This document shows, one piece after another, positions 48,435 to 58,060 of a DNA stretch of 64,000 bases (positions are counted from its first letter, which is position 1; every line of letters starts with the position of its first letter). A program made the translations under genes and the position numbers. The stretch is from Rikenellaceae bacterium (GTDB taxonomy: Bacteria > Bacteroidota > Bacteroidia > Bacteroidales > Rikenellaceae): positions 17,423 through 81,422 of the forward strand of contig JBCQTX010000001.1 of assembly GCA_047174605.1 (NCBI GenBank), read 5' to 3'. Below the pieces are notes generated by a model. The model saw only the letters and a program-made list of their open reading frames with translations, had not been told where the DNA came from and made no database searches.

Positions 48435-50009
48435 ATGAAACCCCTATTCATAATACCAACCATTGCGTTATGTGGCGCTAGCTGTATGAGTTATGGCGCT
48501 GAAAACACAACTTCGCGCCCAAATGTCATACTCATCGTGATCGATGATTTAGGCTGGAACGATTTGAGCTGTATGGGCAGCAGATACTACGAGACACCAG
48601 CTGTCGATCGGCTTGCCCGCGAGGGTGTTCGATTCACGGATGGATATGCCGGATGTAGTGTGAGTAGCCCATCACGCGGATCGCTTGTCACGGGAAGAGC
48701 TACAACTCGTCATGGAATAACGAGTTGGATTGGTGATTTCGAAGGGGATCTATGGCGCGAAAAGGGGCACACCGATATGTTGCTCCCGGCAAACTACAAC
48801 CACCAACTTCGCCAAGATGAGTACACCATCGCCAACGCATTCTCCGACAATGGCTACTCGACATACTTCATCGGAAAGTGGCACTTGGGTGAGGAGCTCT
48901 ACCCTACTGACTTTGGGTTCGATGTTAACGTTGCAGGTTGGGCTGCAGGTGGGCCGCGAGGTGGATACTTCGCACCATACGAAAATCCGATGTTGGAGGA
49001 TGGTCCCGATGGCGAGAACCTATCTTATAGACTCGGGCAGGAGGCGATAAAGTTGATCGACAGATCGGAGGATCCATTCTTCATGATGTTGTCGTTCTAC
49101 GCTGTACATGGTGCTATTCAAACCACACAAGAACGTTGGGATTACTATCGCCAAAAGGCACTAGATCAGGGAGTTAGCGAGGAGGGATTTGACCATGAGG
49201 GTCGTCGTCTCCCAACTCGTATCGCGCAGGATAATCCGGTCTATGCCGGACTCGTGGAGCAGATGGATAGCGCAATTGGGGATGTTATCGACCACCTAGA
49301 GGATGCGGGTGGGTTAGATAACACGATCATCGTATTTACGAGTGACAATGGAGGCGTGGTCTCGGGGGATAGCTACTCGACGTCGCTTCGCCCGATACGA
49401 GGAGGAAAAGGTACTCAATGGGAGGGTGGAATTCGTGTCCCGTTCATTGTTAGAAACCCATTGATTGAATCGACACAAAAGATTGTCAATGAGCCAGTTA
49501 TTGGAATGGATATATTCCCTAGCATGTTGGATATGTGTGGTTTGGAGCAACATCCATCGGCACATTTGGATGGCGTTAGCATCAAACCGCTATTGGAGGG
49601 TGAGTCGATGGAGGAGAGGGCGCTCTTCTGGCACTTCCCACACTATGGCAATCAAGGTGGCGAGCCTTGCTCAACCGTTCGTGAGGGGGATTGGAAGTTG
49701 ATCTACTACCATGAGGATCAACGTATGGAGCTCTATAACTTGGCTAATGATATATCGGAAACGACGGATCTTGCAGCGAGCAACAGCTCTAAAGTCAACG
49801 AGTTACGCACAAAATTAGATGATTTCCTAAGTGAGACAAACGCCATAATGCCACAACCAGACCCGACATACACAGAGGAGGCAGGCGCACAATGGCGAGC
49901 AGAGCGCTTTGAGAAGATGAAAAACAATAACGAAAAATTACGTAAAGCACAATATAGGGCTGATTGGCAGCCTAATGCTGATTGGTGGGGCTCTAGAACC
50001 ATCGATTAA
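48435..50009 (+). CDS. Sulfatase, family S1 (Ser-type)
   Basis: PNVILIVIDDLG, SSPSR, GKWHLG, FTSDNG and GKGTQWEGGIRVP. Confidence 0.92.
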   Translation: MKPLFIIPTIALCGASCMSYGAENTTSRPNVILIVIDDLGWNDLSCMGSRYYETPAVDRLAREGVRFTDGYAGCSVSSPSRGSLVTGRATTRHGITSWIGDFEGDLWREKGHTDMLLPANYNHQLRQDEYTIANAFSDNGYSTYFIGKWHLGEELYPTDFGFDVNVAGWAAGGPRGGYFAPYENPMLEDGPDGENLSYRLGQEAIKLIDRSEDPFFMMLSFYAVHGAIQTTQERWDYYRQKALDQGVSEEGFDHEGRRLPTRIAQDNPVYAGLVEQMDSAIGDVIDHLEDAGGLDNTIIVFTSDNGGVVSGDSYSTSLRPIRGGKGTQWEGGIRVPFIVRNPLIESTQKIVNEPVIGMDIFPSMLDMCGLEQHPSAHLDGVSIKPLLEGESMEERALFWHFPHYGNQGGEPCSTVREGDWKLIYYHEDQRMELYNLANDISETTDLAASNSSKVNELRTKLDDFLSETNAIMPQPDPTYTEEAGAQWRAERFEKMKNNNEKLRKAQYRADWQPNADWWGSRTID

Positions 50010-50029
50010 ATCGGCTTGAAAAAGAGAAT

Positions 50030-51328
50030 ATGAAGAGAATAAACATTATAACACTCGGATGCTCCAAAAATGTAGTGGACTCAGAGCACCTAATGGCACA
50101 AATGGCGGCAGCTGGCTATGAGGTGGAGTTCGACAACGATAGGTTCGGAGCAGAGGTAGTGGTGATTAACACCTGTGGATTTATTGGCGATGCCAAAGAG
50201 GAGTCGGTGGAGATGATCCTCTCGGCAGTCGAGGCCAAAGAGGAGGGGTTGATAGAGGAGCTATATGTAGTTGGCTGCCTATCAGAGAGATATGCCGACG
50301 AATTGCGCGCTGAGATCCCCGATGTAGATCAATACTTCGGAGTGAGAGGTTGGGAGGTGCTGATCGAGAAACTAGGGGCGAAGCACAATCCGGCGTTGGA
50401 GACTCACCGCGTGCTATCCACTCCAAAGCACTATGCATACCTCAAAATTTCGGAGGGTTGTAATTGGCGATGTGGCTACTGCGCAATACCGCTAATTCGC
50501 GGAAAACATATCTCGATACCGATGGAGTCGCTGATCGAGGAGGCGGAGATGTTGGCCGCTAAAGGGGTGAAGGAGTTGATCGTAATTGCCCAAGACACAA
50601 CATATTACGGCATGGATCTCTACAAGGAGCGTCGCCTCGCACCACTTCTCGAAGCGCTATGCAGGGTAGAGGGGATTGAGTGGATTAGGCTTCACTATGC
50701 CTATCCGACAGATTTCCCGCGTGATGTTATTGAGGTGATGGCACGTGAGCCGAAGATATGTAAATATCTAGATATTCCATTCCAGCACATATCAGATTCG
50801 CAACTTAGCTCAATGAAGCGTCGCCACACAAAGGCGGAGGCTATGGAGTTGATTCGTGATTTGAGAGCATCGATTCCAGATGTAGCGCTCAGAACAACGA
50901 TGTTGGTGGGCTACCCAACGGAGAGCGAGGCGGATTTTGAGGAGCTTTGTGAGTTTATCAAAGAGGTGAAGTTCGACAGGCTGGGGGTATTCCCATATAG
51001 CGAGGAGGAGGGGACATATTCAGCATCGTTGGAGGATGATGTACCGCAGCAGATAAAAGAGCAGCGTGCAGAGCGCATCATGATGATACAGAGCGAGATA
51101 TCGCTCCAGAACAACCTCAAAAGAGTGGGGCAAAAGGTGCGCGTTATCATCGACTCTCGCCAAGGCGAATTTTATGTCGCTCGCTCTGAGTATGACTCTC
51201 CGGAGGTGGATCAAGAGATCATGATTCCGGTGGAGGGTAGACGACTTTTGAAGGGGCGTTTTTACGATGTTGAGATCACATCGGCAGAGGACTTTGACCT
51301 CTATGCCATCCCCCTCCCGAGAAAATAG
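50030..51328 (+). CDS. rimO: Ribosomal protein S12 methylthiotransferase
   Basis: LGCSKN.VDSE, NTCGFI, CNWRCGYC, WIRLHYAYP and DSPEVD. Confidence 0.96.
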   Translation: MKRINIITLGCSKNVVDSEHLMAQMAAAGYEVEFDNDRFGAEVVVINTCGFIGDAKEESVEMILSAVEAKEEGLIEELYVVGCLSERYADELRAEIPDVDQYFGVRGWEVLIEKLGAKHNPALETHRVLSTPKHYAYLKISEGCNWRCGYCAIPLIRGKHISIPMESLIEEAEMLAAKGVKELIVIAQDTTYYGMDLYKERRLAPLLEALCRVEGIEWIRLHYAYPTDFPRDVIEVMAREPKICKYLDIPFQHISDSQLSSMKRRHTKAEAMELIRDLRASIPDVALRTTMLVGYPTESEADFEELCEFIKEVKFDRLGVFPYSEEEGTYSASLEDDVPQQIKEQRAERIMMIQSEISLQNNLKRVGQKVRVIIDSRQGEFYVARSEYDSPEVDQEIMIPVEGRRLLKGRFYDVEITSAEDFDLYAIPLPRK

Positions 51329-51400
51329 CGACTCCAAAGTTTGCTCATAAAGTTTTTTTTGCTTACCTTTGAATACTAATTGCCAAAACTACGAGACATC

Positions 51401-51775
51401 ATGGCATCAAACAACAATAGTGCGCCCCAAAGCGTTGTCCAAAGAGTTGAGAGTCGCGTTGACCAACTCCTCGCTGATCATAGACGGTTGAGTGAGCAGA
51501 ATCGCGACTTGATGGAACTTCGTGACAACCTTCAAGCCACCAAGCGTGAGATGCAGGAGCGAATAGCGACACTCGAAAGAGATCTCGCACTGAGTGAACT
51601 TAAGGGTGGTCTGGTAGCAGCGACAAAAAACAACTCACGTGCACGTGCATATGTCAACCGGTTAATGCGGGAGGTTGACCACTGCATAACTCTAATCTCA
51701 TCCCCGGGTGGCAATGATAAGCAGAGCAACACGAGAGAAGGGAGCGAGAGCGGTGAGAGTGGTGGTGAGATATAA
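51401..51775 (+). CDS. Coiled-coil protein, ZapB-like
   Basis: Heptad pattern and a C-terminal VNRLMREVDHCI; lies upstream of zapA as is usual in Bacteroidota. Confidence 0.65.
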   Translation: MASNNNSAPQSVVQRVESRVDQLLADHRRLSEQNRDLMELRDNLQATKREMQERIATLERDLALSELKGGLVAATKNNSRARAYVNRLMREVDHCITLISSPGGNDKQSNTREGSESGESGGEI

Positions 51776-51810
51776 AGTGTATATTAAGAGGCAACAATAA
51801 AAGGAGATAA

Positions 51811-52116
51811 ATGGGAGCCGAGGAGATAAAAATTACCATTGCGGGCAAGAGCTATAAACTCAACATAGATAGCGCCAAAAAGGAGCTATATTTGTTGGCC
51901 GAGCGCAATGTGAACTCCTCTATTCTAAAGTTCCAGAAGCAGAATTTCGAAGGGTTCAAGCTACAAGATGCGATAGCTCTTGCAGCATTCGAATTGGCTG
52001 TTGCAAATATAAATATACGCCAACAAAGTGAGATTGAGTCGGAGGAGATAGCAGCGCTAAAAGCGATAGACGAGAAGGTGGCGAACTATCTGAATGACCT
52101 ACGACAGGAGAAATAG
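51811..52116 (+). CDS. zapA: Cell division protein ZapA
   Basis: IKITIAGKSYKL...E..YLLAER.VN; gene context upstream of rny. Confidence 0.75.
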   Translation: MGAEEIKITIAGKSYKLNIDSAKKELYLLAERNVNSSILKFQKQNFEGFKLQDAIALAAFELAVANINIRQQSEIESEEIAALKAIDEKVANYLNDLRQEK

Positions 52117-52232
52117 GGTGAATGAAACACTTTCGAGGTGTGGCACACTAAATGAAGGGTATTTTAACGTTACATAATATACATAGGTCAAACAAGGGCC
52201 AAGATGTTCTTTAACATATAATTTACAAGAGT

Positions 52233-52428
52233 CTACCCGCATAGATTCCTTATAGATTTGCGAAACTGATATTTACTAAATTGGAGACAAGCTCTCAATA
52301 ATCAAAATCAGGCCTTAACCCTTCGGGGTGAGTCACTTGTGGCTCCGTTGGACGATTGCGACCTTTGGCACCTCCACACCTGACTGATCACAGATTCGTC
52401 AAACAAAAAAAGGGATTTATGTGGGTTT
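52233..52428 (+). ncRNA. ssrS: Probable 6S RNA
   Basis: Lies between zapA and rny. Closing stem ACCCGCATAGATTCCT / AGGGATTTATGTGGGT, about 195 nt long, with an apical CCC-TTCG-GGG loop. Confidence 0.72.
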
Positions 52429-52491
52429 TTTAATGTTCTAAACTACAAAATAACAACACAATTTTTATTATAACAATACAAACAAAGTAAT

Positions 52492-54021
52492 ATGGAAATC
52501 GTAACTATCATAGCGATCACCGCCATATGCTCTATTGCAGCTGCGTGCGCAGCATTTTACCTCGCGAAACAGCGTGCTAAAACAATAGTGGAGAAGGCGG
52601 AATCTGAGGGTGAAATGATTAAGAAGGAGCGAATGCTCCAAGCAAAAGAGAAGTTCATCAAACTTAAGAGCGAGCACGATCGTTCGGTGAATGAGCGCAA
52701 CCAAAAGGTGGCACAATCTGAGAACCGCGCTAAGCAGTTGGAGAACAACCTACAGAACCAGCAGCGTGATCTGGAGAATAAGATGAAGGAGCACGACCGC
52801 CTAAACGAGAAGGCCAAGGGTCAGATCGAGCAGCTTGAGGGTAAAAAAGCGACTGTAGATCAGATCATTACAGAGCAAAATCAGAAGTTGGAGCAGATCT
52901 CGGGCATGAGCGCCGAAGATGCACGCAACTCACTTATCGAGAATATGAAGGCTGAGGCGAAGAGTCAAGCAGCATCATATATCTCGGAGACTGTAGAGGA
53001 GGCGAAGTTGACAGCAACGAAGGAGGCGAAACGTATTATCGTGGCGTCGATTCAGCGTGTAGCGACCGAAACAGCGATCGAGAATGCAGTAACAGTATTT
53101 AATATAGAGTCTGATGAGGTGAAGGGTCGTATCATCGGCCGTGAGGGTCGTAACATCCGCGCTTTGGAGGCTGCTACAGGTATTGAGATCATTGTGGATG
53201 ATACCCCAGAGGCTATCATTTTGAGTGGTTTTGATCCGGTGCGTCGCGAGATTGCACGTCTAGCGCTTCACCAATTGGTGACTGACGGACGTATCCACCC
53301 AGCACGTATTGAGGAGGTTGTATCGAAGGTGCAGAAGCAGATCGAGGAGGAGATCGTCGAGGTTGGAAAGCGCACGACGATAGATTTGGGAATTCACGGT
53401 CTGCATCCGGAGTTGATCCGTATGGTGGGTAAGATGAAGTATCGCTCGTCATATGGTCAGAACTTGTTGCAACACGCTCGCGAGACTGCGAATTTGGCGA
53501 GTATCATGGCTACGGAGTTGGGTCTTAACCCTAAAATTGCGAAGCGTGCAGGTCTGCTACATGATATAGGTAAGGTGCCGGATGATGAGCCGGAGTTGCC
53601 ACACGCAATCATTGGTCAGAAGTTGGCTGAGAAGTATAAGGAGAAGGCAGAGGTGTGCAATGCGATTGGAGCTCACCACGACGAGGTGGAGATGACCTCA
53701 ATAATATCACCAATCATTCAGGTGTGTGATGCGATCTCGGGAGCACGTCCGGGAGCACGACGTGAGGTTGTGGAGAGTTACATCAAACGACTCAAAGAGA
53801 TGGAGGATATAGCACAATCCTATCCGGGAGTTCTCAAGACCTATGCGATACAGGCTGGTCGCGAACTTCGAGTAATTGTTGGAGCGGAGAAGTTGAGTGA
53901 TGCAGACACGGAGAATCTATCACAAGAGATCGCGAAGAAGATCCAAGATGAGATGACTTATCCGGGTCAAGTGAAGATCACGGTAATACGCGAGACGAGA
54001 GCGGTATCATACGCGAAATAG
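52492..54021 (+). CDS. rny: Ribonuclease Y
   Basis: N-terminal transmembrane helix, coiled coil, KH domain ([12 protein letters not shown]) and HD domain (LLHDIGK). Confidence 0.97.
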   Translation: MEIVTIIAITAICSIAAACAAFYLAKQRAKTIVEKAESEGEMIKKERMLQAKEKFIKLKSEHDRSVNERNQKVAQSENRAKQLENNLQNQQRDLENKMKEHDRLNEKAKGQIEQLEGKKATVDQIITEQNQKLEQISGMSAEDARNSLIENMKAEAKSQAASYISETVEEAKLTATKEAKRIIVASIQRVATETAIENAVTVFNIESDEVKGRIIGREGRNIRALEAATGIEIIVDDTPEAIILSGFDPVRREIARLALHQLVTDGRIHPARIEEVVSKVQKQIEEEIVEVGKRTTIDLGIHGLHPELIRMVGKMKYRSSYGQNLLQHARETANLASIMATELGLNPKIAKRAGLLHDIGKVPDDEPELPHAIIGQKLAEKYKEKAEVCNAIGAHHDEVEMTSIISPIIQVCDAISGARPGARREVVESYIKRLKEMEDIAQSYPGVLKTYAIQAGRELRVIVGAEKLSDADTENLSQEIAKKIQDEMTYPGQVKITVIRETRAVSYAK

Positions 54022-54027
54022 ATAATT

Positions 54028-54063
54028 AATCCCTTTAGAACGATTCTGTTCTGAAGGGATTTT
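54028..54063 (+). terminator. Intrinsic terminator of rny
   Basis: AATCCCTTTAGAAC...GTTCTGAAGGGATT followed by T residues. Confidence 0.75.
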
Positions 54064-54070
54064 AGTTAAT

Positions 54071-54108
54071 TAGCTCCGCGGCGAGCACGCCGCCCGCCGG
54101 AGGCAGTT
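54071..54108 (+). repeat. Family B repeat, core only
   Basis: TAGCTCCGCGGCGAGCACGCCGCCCGCCGGAGGCAGTT has one mismatch to copies 1 and 2. Confidence 0.85.
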
Positions 54109-54150
54109 CGCGCAAAGCAGAACCTTTTATAAACTTAAATATTAACCATT

Positions 54151-55575
54151 ATGTACTCATTTTTATTATCATTTGCAGTATTGATAATTGGATACTTGGT
54201 CTATGGCGCATATATTGAGCGTATTATGAAGCCAGATCCAAATGTTAAGACTGTCGCCATCACGAAGGCTGACGGTGTTGATTACGTACCACTTCCAACA
54301 TGGAAGATCTTCATGATCCAGTTCCTAAATATCGCGGGATTAGGTCCTATCTTCGGAGCAATTATGGGAGCTAAGTTTGGCGTTGCATCCTATATTTGGA
54401 TCGTATTAGGTACTATCTTTGCAGGTGCAATGCACGACTATATCGCAGGAATGATCTCACTTCGCAATGGTGGTGAGTCGTTGCCAGATAGCGTTACACG
54501 ATACTTAGGAAATGGCACGGGACAGGTTATGCGCCTCTTTATCGTGCTGTTGCTGATCTTGGTAGGTGTAGTATTTGTGGCAGGACCATCCGGGCTGTTG
54601 GCAAGTTTAACAAGTGGTATAAACCCACTCTTTAATGTTAATTTCTGGATCATACTTGTCTTTTTATACTATATTGTTGCAACATTGATGCCTATTGACA
54701 AGATTATTGGACGTGTCTACCCACTCTTCTCGATAGCGTTATTGTTTATGGCAGCAGGAATTTTTGTCATGCTATTCTTCAAGGGGCAATCACTCCCTGA
54801 GTTCACAGATCCGATGATAGAGCACCCTGCAGGGTTACCTATCTTCCCGATGATGTTTATCTCAATTGCGTGTGGTGCGATCTCGGGATTCCACGCATCG
54901 CAATCTCCGATGATGGCACGTTGCATGACAAATGAGAAACATGGTCGCCCGATATTCTACGGAGCGATGGTTGCTGAGGGTATTGTTGCCCTGATTTGGG
55001 CAGCTGCAGCTACTGTATTCTTCCATGAGAATGGATATGGCGAGAGCAATGCTGCAGTGGTTGTTAACACCATCACTAAGGATTGGTTAGGTACAGCAGG
55101 AGCTGTTCTAGCGATGTTGGGAGTTGTCTTTGCTCCAATCACATCGGGAGATACAGCATTGCGTTCAGCACGTTTGATTGTGGCAGATGTCTTGAAGTTT
55201 GAGCAGAAGAGCATGATGCGTCGTCTTATGATCTCGGTGCCAATCTTCTGTGTTACAATAGCTATCTTGATCTACTCAATGGCAGATACCGAAGGGTTCA
55301 ATGTCATATGGCGCTACTTCGCATGGGCTAACCAGATGTTGGCGGTCTTTACATTGTGGATGATCACAGTCTACCTTGCAGGGAAACGTCAGAACTTCTA
55401 TATTGCATTGATCCCTGCACTCTTTATGACTGCGGTAACCGTATGTTACATTGTAACAGCTAAGGAAGCCTTTGGACAACCTATGATGGTAGGATATATC
55501 GTTGCAGGAGCGGCAGTTGTAGTATCACTTGCCAAGTTTATTATGTGGAACCGCTCGATGCTTAAACAGAAGTAA
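54151..55575 (+). CDS. cstA: Carbon starvation protein A family transporter
   Basis: DGVDYVP, IAGLGPIFG, ACGAISGFH, ITSGDTA and W.YFAWANQ. Confidence 0.92.
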   Translation: MYSFLLSFAVLIIGYLVYGAYIERIMKPDPNVKTVAITKADGVDYVPLPTWKIFMIQFLNIAGLGPIFGAIMGAKFGVASYIWIVLGTIFAGAMHDYIAGMISLRNGGESLPDSVTRYLGNGTGQVMRLFIVLLLILVGVVFVAGPSGLLASLTSGINPLFNVNFWIILVFLYYIVATLMPIDKIIGRVYPLFSIALLFMAAGIFVMLFFKGQSLPEFTDPMIEHPAGLPIFPMMFISIACGAISGFHASQSPMMARCMTNEKHGRPIFYGAMVAEGIVALIWAAAATVFFHENGYGESNAAVVVNTITKDWLGTAGAVLAMLGVVFAPITSGDTALRSARLIVADVLKFEQKSMMRRLMISVPIFCVTIAILIYSMADTEGFNVIWRYFAWANQMLAVFTLWMITVYLAGKRQNFYIALIPALFMTAVTVCYIVTAKEAFGQPMMVGYIVAGAAVVVSLAKFIMWNRSMLKQK

Positions 55576-55590
55576 AGAGAATAGGATATT

Positions 55591-55635
55591 AAAACAGATG
55601 CTGTCCGAACTTACGTTTTGGGCAGCATCTGTTTT
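55591..55635. terminator. Bidirectional intrinsic terminator
   Basis: AAAACAGATGCTGTCC...GGGCAGCATCTGTTTT. Confidence 0.8.
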
Positions 55636-55641
55636 GTTGTA

Positions 55642-55674
55642 GAAGTGCAAAAAATGCCTTTTTAGGCAGCTTCT
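55642..55674 (-). repeat. Truncated family A element (left end only)
   Basis: Reverse complement AGAAGCTGCCTAAAAAGGCATTTTTTGCACTTC matches 15931-15963 at 32 of 33 positions. Confidence 0.75.
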
Positions 55675-55676
55675 TT

Positions 55677-56255
55677 TTATAGTATGAAGCCTATAATAAA
55701 AGTATAGGAGTGCGATCGAACATCATGACCATAATAATCTATGCGACGCGATCCGAACTGCCCGTTGTAGCGAGCGCCGAACATTACTTTATCAAATAGC
55801 GTGACCTTCGCTCCGAGAAGATATCCCATATCGGGGTGAATACGCCCCAAATTCCCTGAGCTATAATGGTAATATGAAGCAATAGCCTCATTATAAACTG
55901 TGAATACCGGCCCAGCCTCAAGCACAAGAGGCCCCAAGAAATTCAACCCTACAACAACGGGGATATCCAATCTATGGTCGCGAATGTCGCAGTAATCACC
56001 AAATATGTAGGGATTATCGACATAGAAGCTGTTGTTAGTATATACCACCTCTGGCGAGATGCTTATAATAGGAAGCCCGAAGGTCAATCCTGCGCTGATA
56101 TTATATCCTCGATTATCCCACGTAGAGTACCCATCGATATTATAGTATGTACTCGTCGAACCCGCCGAGAAGTTAAAGCTGACAATTTCAGCCTTAGCAC
56201 TCAAGGATATAATTAAAAAAATTGCTGCACAAAATGCGACCTTCAAAAGTTTCAT
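55677..56255 (-). CDS. Small outer-membrane beta-barrel protein (porin/PorT-like family)
   Basis: Signal peptide, LDIPV.VG, AGPVF, amphipathic strands and C-terminal IGFIL. Confidence 0.7.
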   Translation of the reverse strand: MKLLKVAFCAAIFLIISLSAKAEIVSFNFSAGSTSTYYNIDGYSTWDNRGYNISAGLTFGLPIISISPEVVYTNNSFYVDNPYIFGDYCDIRDHRLDIPVVVGLNFLGPLVLEAGPVFTVYNEAIASYYHYSSGNLGRIHPDMGYLLGAKVTLFDKVMFGARYNGQFGSRRIDYYGHDVRSHSYTFIIGFIL

Positions 56256-56261
56256 AGCTAA

Positions 56262-57452
56262 CTACTCATTTGCGGCAGGATCGTAGCTTTTGAGCGCAAG
56301 TTGACGCACCCACAACACAAATCCACCTGTTAATATAAGGTTAAGTACCAAAGTTAATGCCGAAATAATCAAGGCGTTACCACCAAGGTTATATCCAATA
56401 GCGATAAAGATTACACCTGCACCAACCTCACCACGTGTAAACATACCAACCGACACAGCCAAACGCTCGCTGAATTTACGATCGCGATAGAAGAAGATAG
56501 GGACTAACTTACCGAGATTAGAGAGAATAGAGACCATCACAACATGGAACGCGATCTCGCCCCATGACATCATCGGAACCGATGCAATAACAGAGTTTGC
56601 CGTAGCATTCGACGAAGCTCCCCCATCGATCACAAGTGGCATACTCATACCCACCAAGAACATAAATAGGAATGATACTCCAGTTGCGACATTCTCCTCC
56701 AAAGAGCTATGGATGTGCTTATTCTTGATGACCATACCCATCACAAACGCAGGGAGCAACACCTCGATGTGGATCGCCTCCGCGTGTCCCATGATATTCT
56801 TTGATATAATATATATGGTGTGAGTAATGGCGAAGATTATGAATGAATAGAACAAAATTGCGCTCCAATTCTGAGGAAGGTCAAACGCGTTGAGCTTCTT
56901 CCATCCTATGATAAGGAGGAAGGCGATCAACACCAACATAGCACCCATCTGCCACTTAAGGCCGATCATCATGATCTGGAGTGGAATCATCAGGAGGATT
57001 GTGTCGAGGTCATCGAAGATAGCAAGCACCTGAATCTTCTTATATATCCAACTCTTCGACAAACTCATCGCTGCAAGCATCGTAAAGAGGATTCCAGCCG
57101 ATGTAGGGGCTGCAAATCGCGACAAAAGCAGAGACTCCTTCCACGCATCACTAGATCCCCAAAGGGTGTCAGGAAGCAGAACAAAGACAAAATATAGAGC
57201 GATCAAGACCCAAGGAAGAGCTGCTGTTGCCATTGCAATGAAGTAATCAGCTGTATAAGAACGCCACTCCTTTTTATTAATCTCGAATTCACGACCTACA
57301 TTTATCATGATGAATGCGAGACAGATATATAACAACGGATTTGTGATGTACTCTTTAAGGTCGATATAGGATTCGCCCATTTGAGTTGGGAGGATCTGCG
57401 ACACTACGAGTCCGATCATTAAGAATAGCGAGAATGAGATTACTTTTTTCAT
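56262..57452 (-). CDS. Cation:proton antiporter family membrane protein
   Basis: About 12 transmembrane segments, APTSAGI, AIFDDL and TRGEVG. Confidence 0.78.
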   Translation of the reverse strand: MKKVISFSLFLMIGLVVSQILPTQMGESYIDLKEYITNPLLYICLAFIMINVGREFEINKKEWRSYTADYFIAMATAALPWVLIALYFVFVLLPDTLWGSSDAWKESLLLSRFAAPTSAGILFTMLAAMSLSKSWIYKKIQVLAIFDDLDTILLMIPLQIMMIGLKWQMGAMLVLIAFLLIIGWKKLNAFDLPQNWSAILFYSFIIFAITHTIYIISKNIMGHAEAIHIEVLLPAFVMGMVIKNKHIHSSLEENVATGVSFLFMFLVGMSMPLVIDGGASSNATANSVIASVPMMSWGEIAFHVVMVSILSNLGKLVPIFFYRDRKFSERLAVSVGMFTRGEVGAGVIFIAIGYNLGGNALIISALTLVLNLILTGGFVLWVRQLALKSYDPAANE

Positions 57453-57498
57453 CTAATGGTGTTTATTCAATTATTAATTATTATTTGGATTCTTTTCT

Positions 57499-57984
57499 TT
57501 ACAGAGTATATATCAGCGCGATTGCACTCACTGCAACCCCCTCTTCGCGCCCCTCGAAACCGAGTTTTTCGGTTGTTGTAGCTTTGACCGAGACCTGATT
57601 TGTAGCAACTCCCATCGAGCTTGCCAACCTTTCACGCATGGTGTCGATCACGGCTCTGAGTTTTGGTCGCTGCATACGAATTGTGCAATCTACATTGCCA
57701 ATCTCGTACCCCTCGTTTCTGAGTAGCTCACACACCTTGCTTAGCAATATCTTGGAGTCGATCCCCTTAAATTCCGAGGATGTATCGGGAAAATGGAGTC
57801 CGATATCGCCCAATGCTGCCGCCCCCAAAAGAGCATCGCATATAGCGTGGATCACCACATCGCCATCAGAGTGGGCAACACAACCTTTGGTGTGCGCGAA
57901 CTCGACACCACCCAACGTCAACTTCAATCCGTCGCTTAGTTGGTGAACATCGTACCCTTCGCCTATTCTGAAATTTATCCCCAT
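57499..57984 (-). CDS. ispF: 2-C-methyl-D-erythritol 2,4-cyclodiphosphate synthase
   Basis: RIGEGYDVH, HSDGDV, DIGLHFP and KATTTEKLG. Confidence 0.96.
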   Translation of the reverse strand: MGINFRIGEGYDVHQLSDGLKLTLGGVEFAHTKGCVAHSDGDVVIHAICDALLGAAALGDIGLHFPDTSSEFKGIDSKILLSKVCELLRNEGYEIGNVDCTIRMQRPKLRAVIDTMRERLASSMGVATNQVSVKATTTEKLGFEGREEGVAVSAIALIYTL

Positions 57985-58060
57985 ACTGGCCACAAAGATA
58001 GTGATTTTCTGCCATATTTCTAAATAAATTGTTATTTTTGTAACATTAAAATATATAGCA

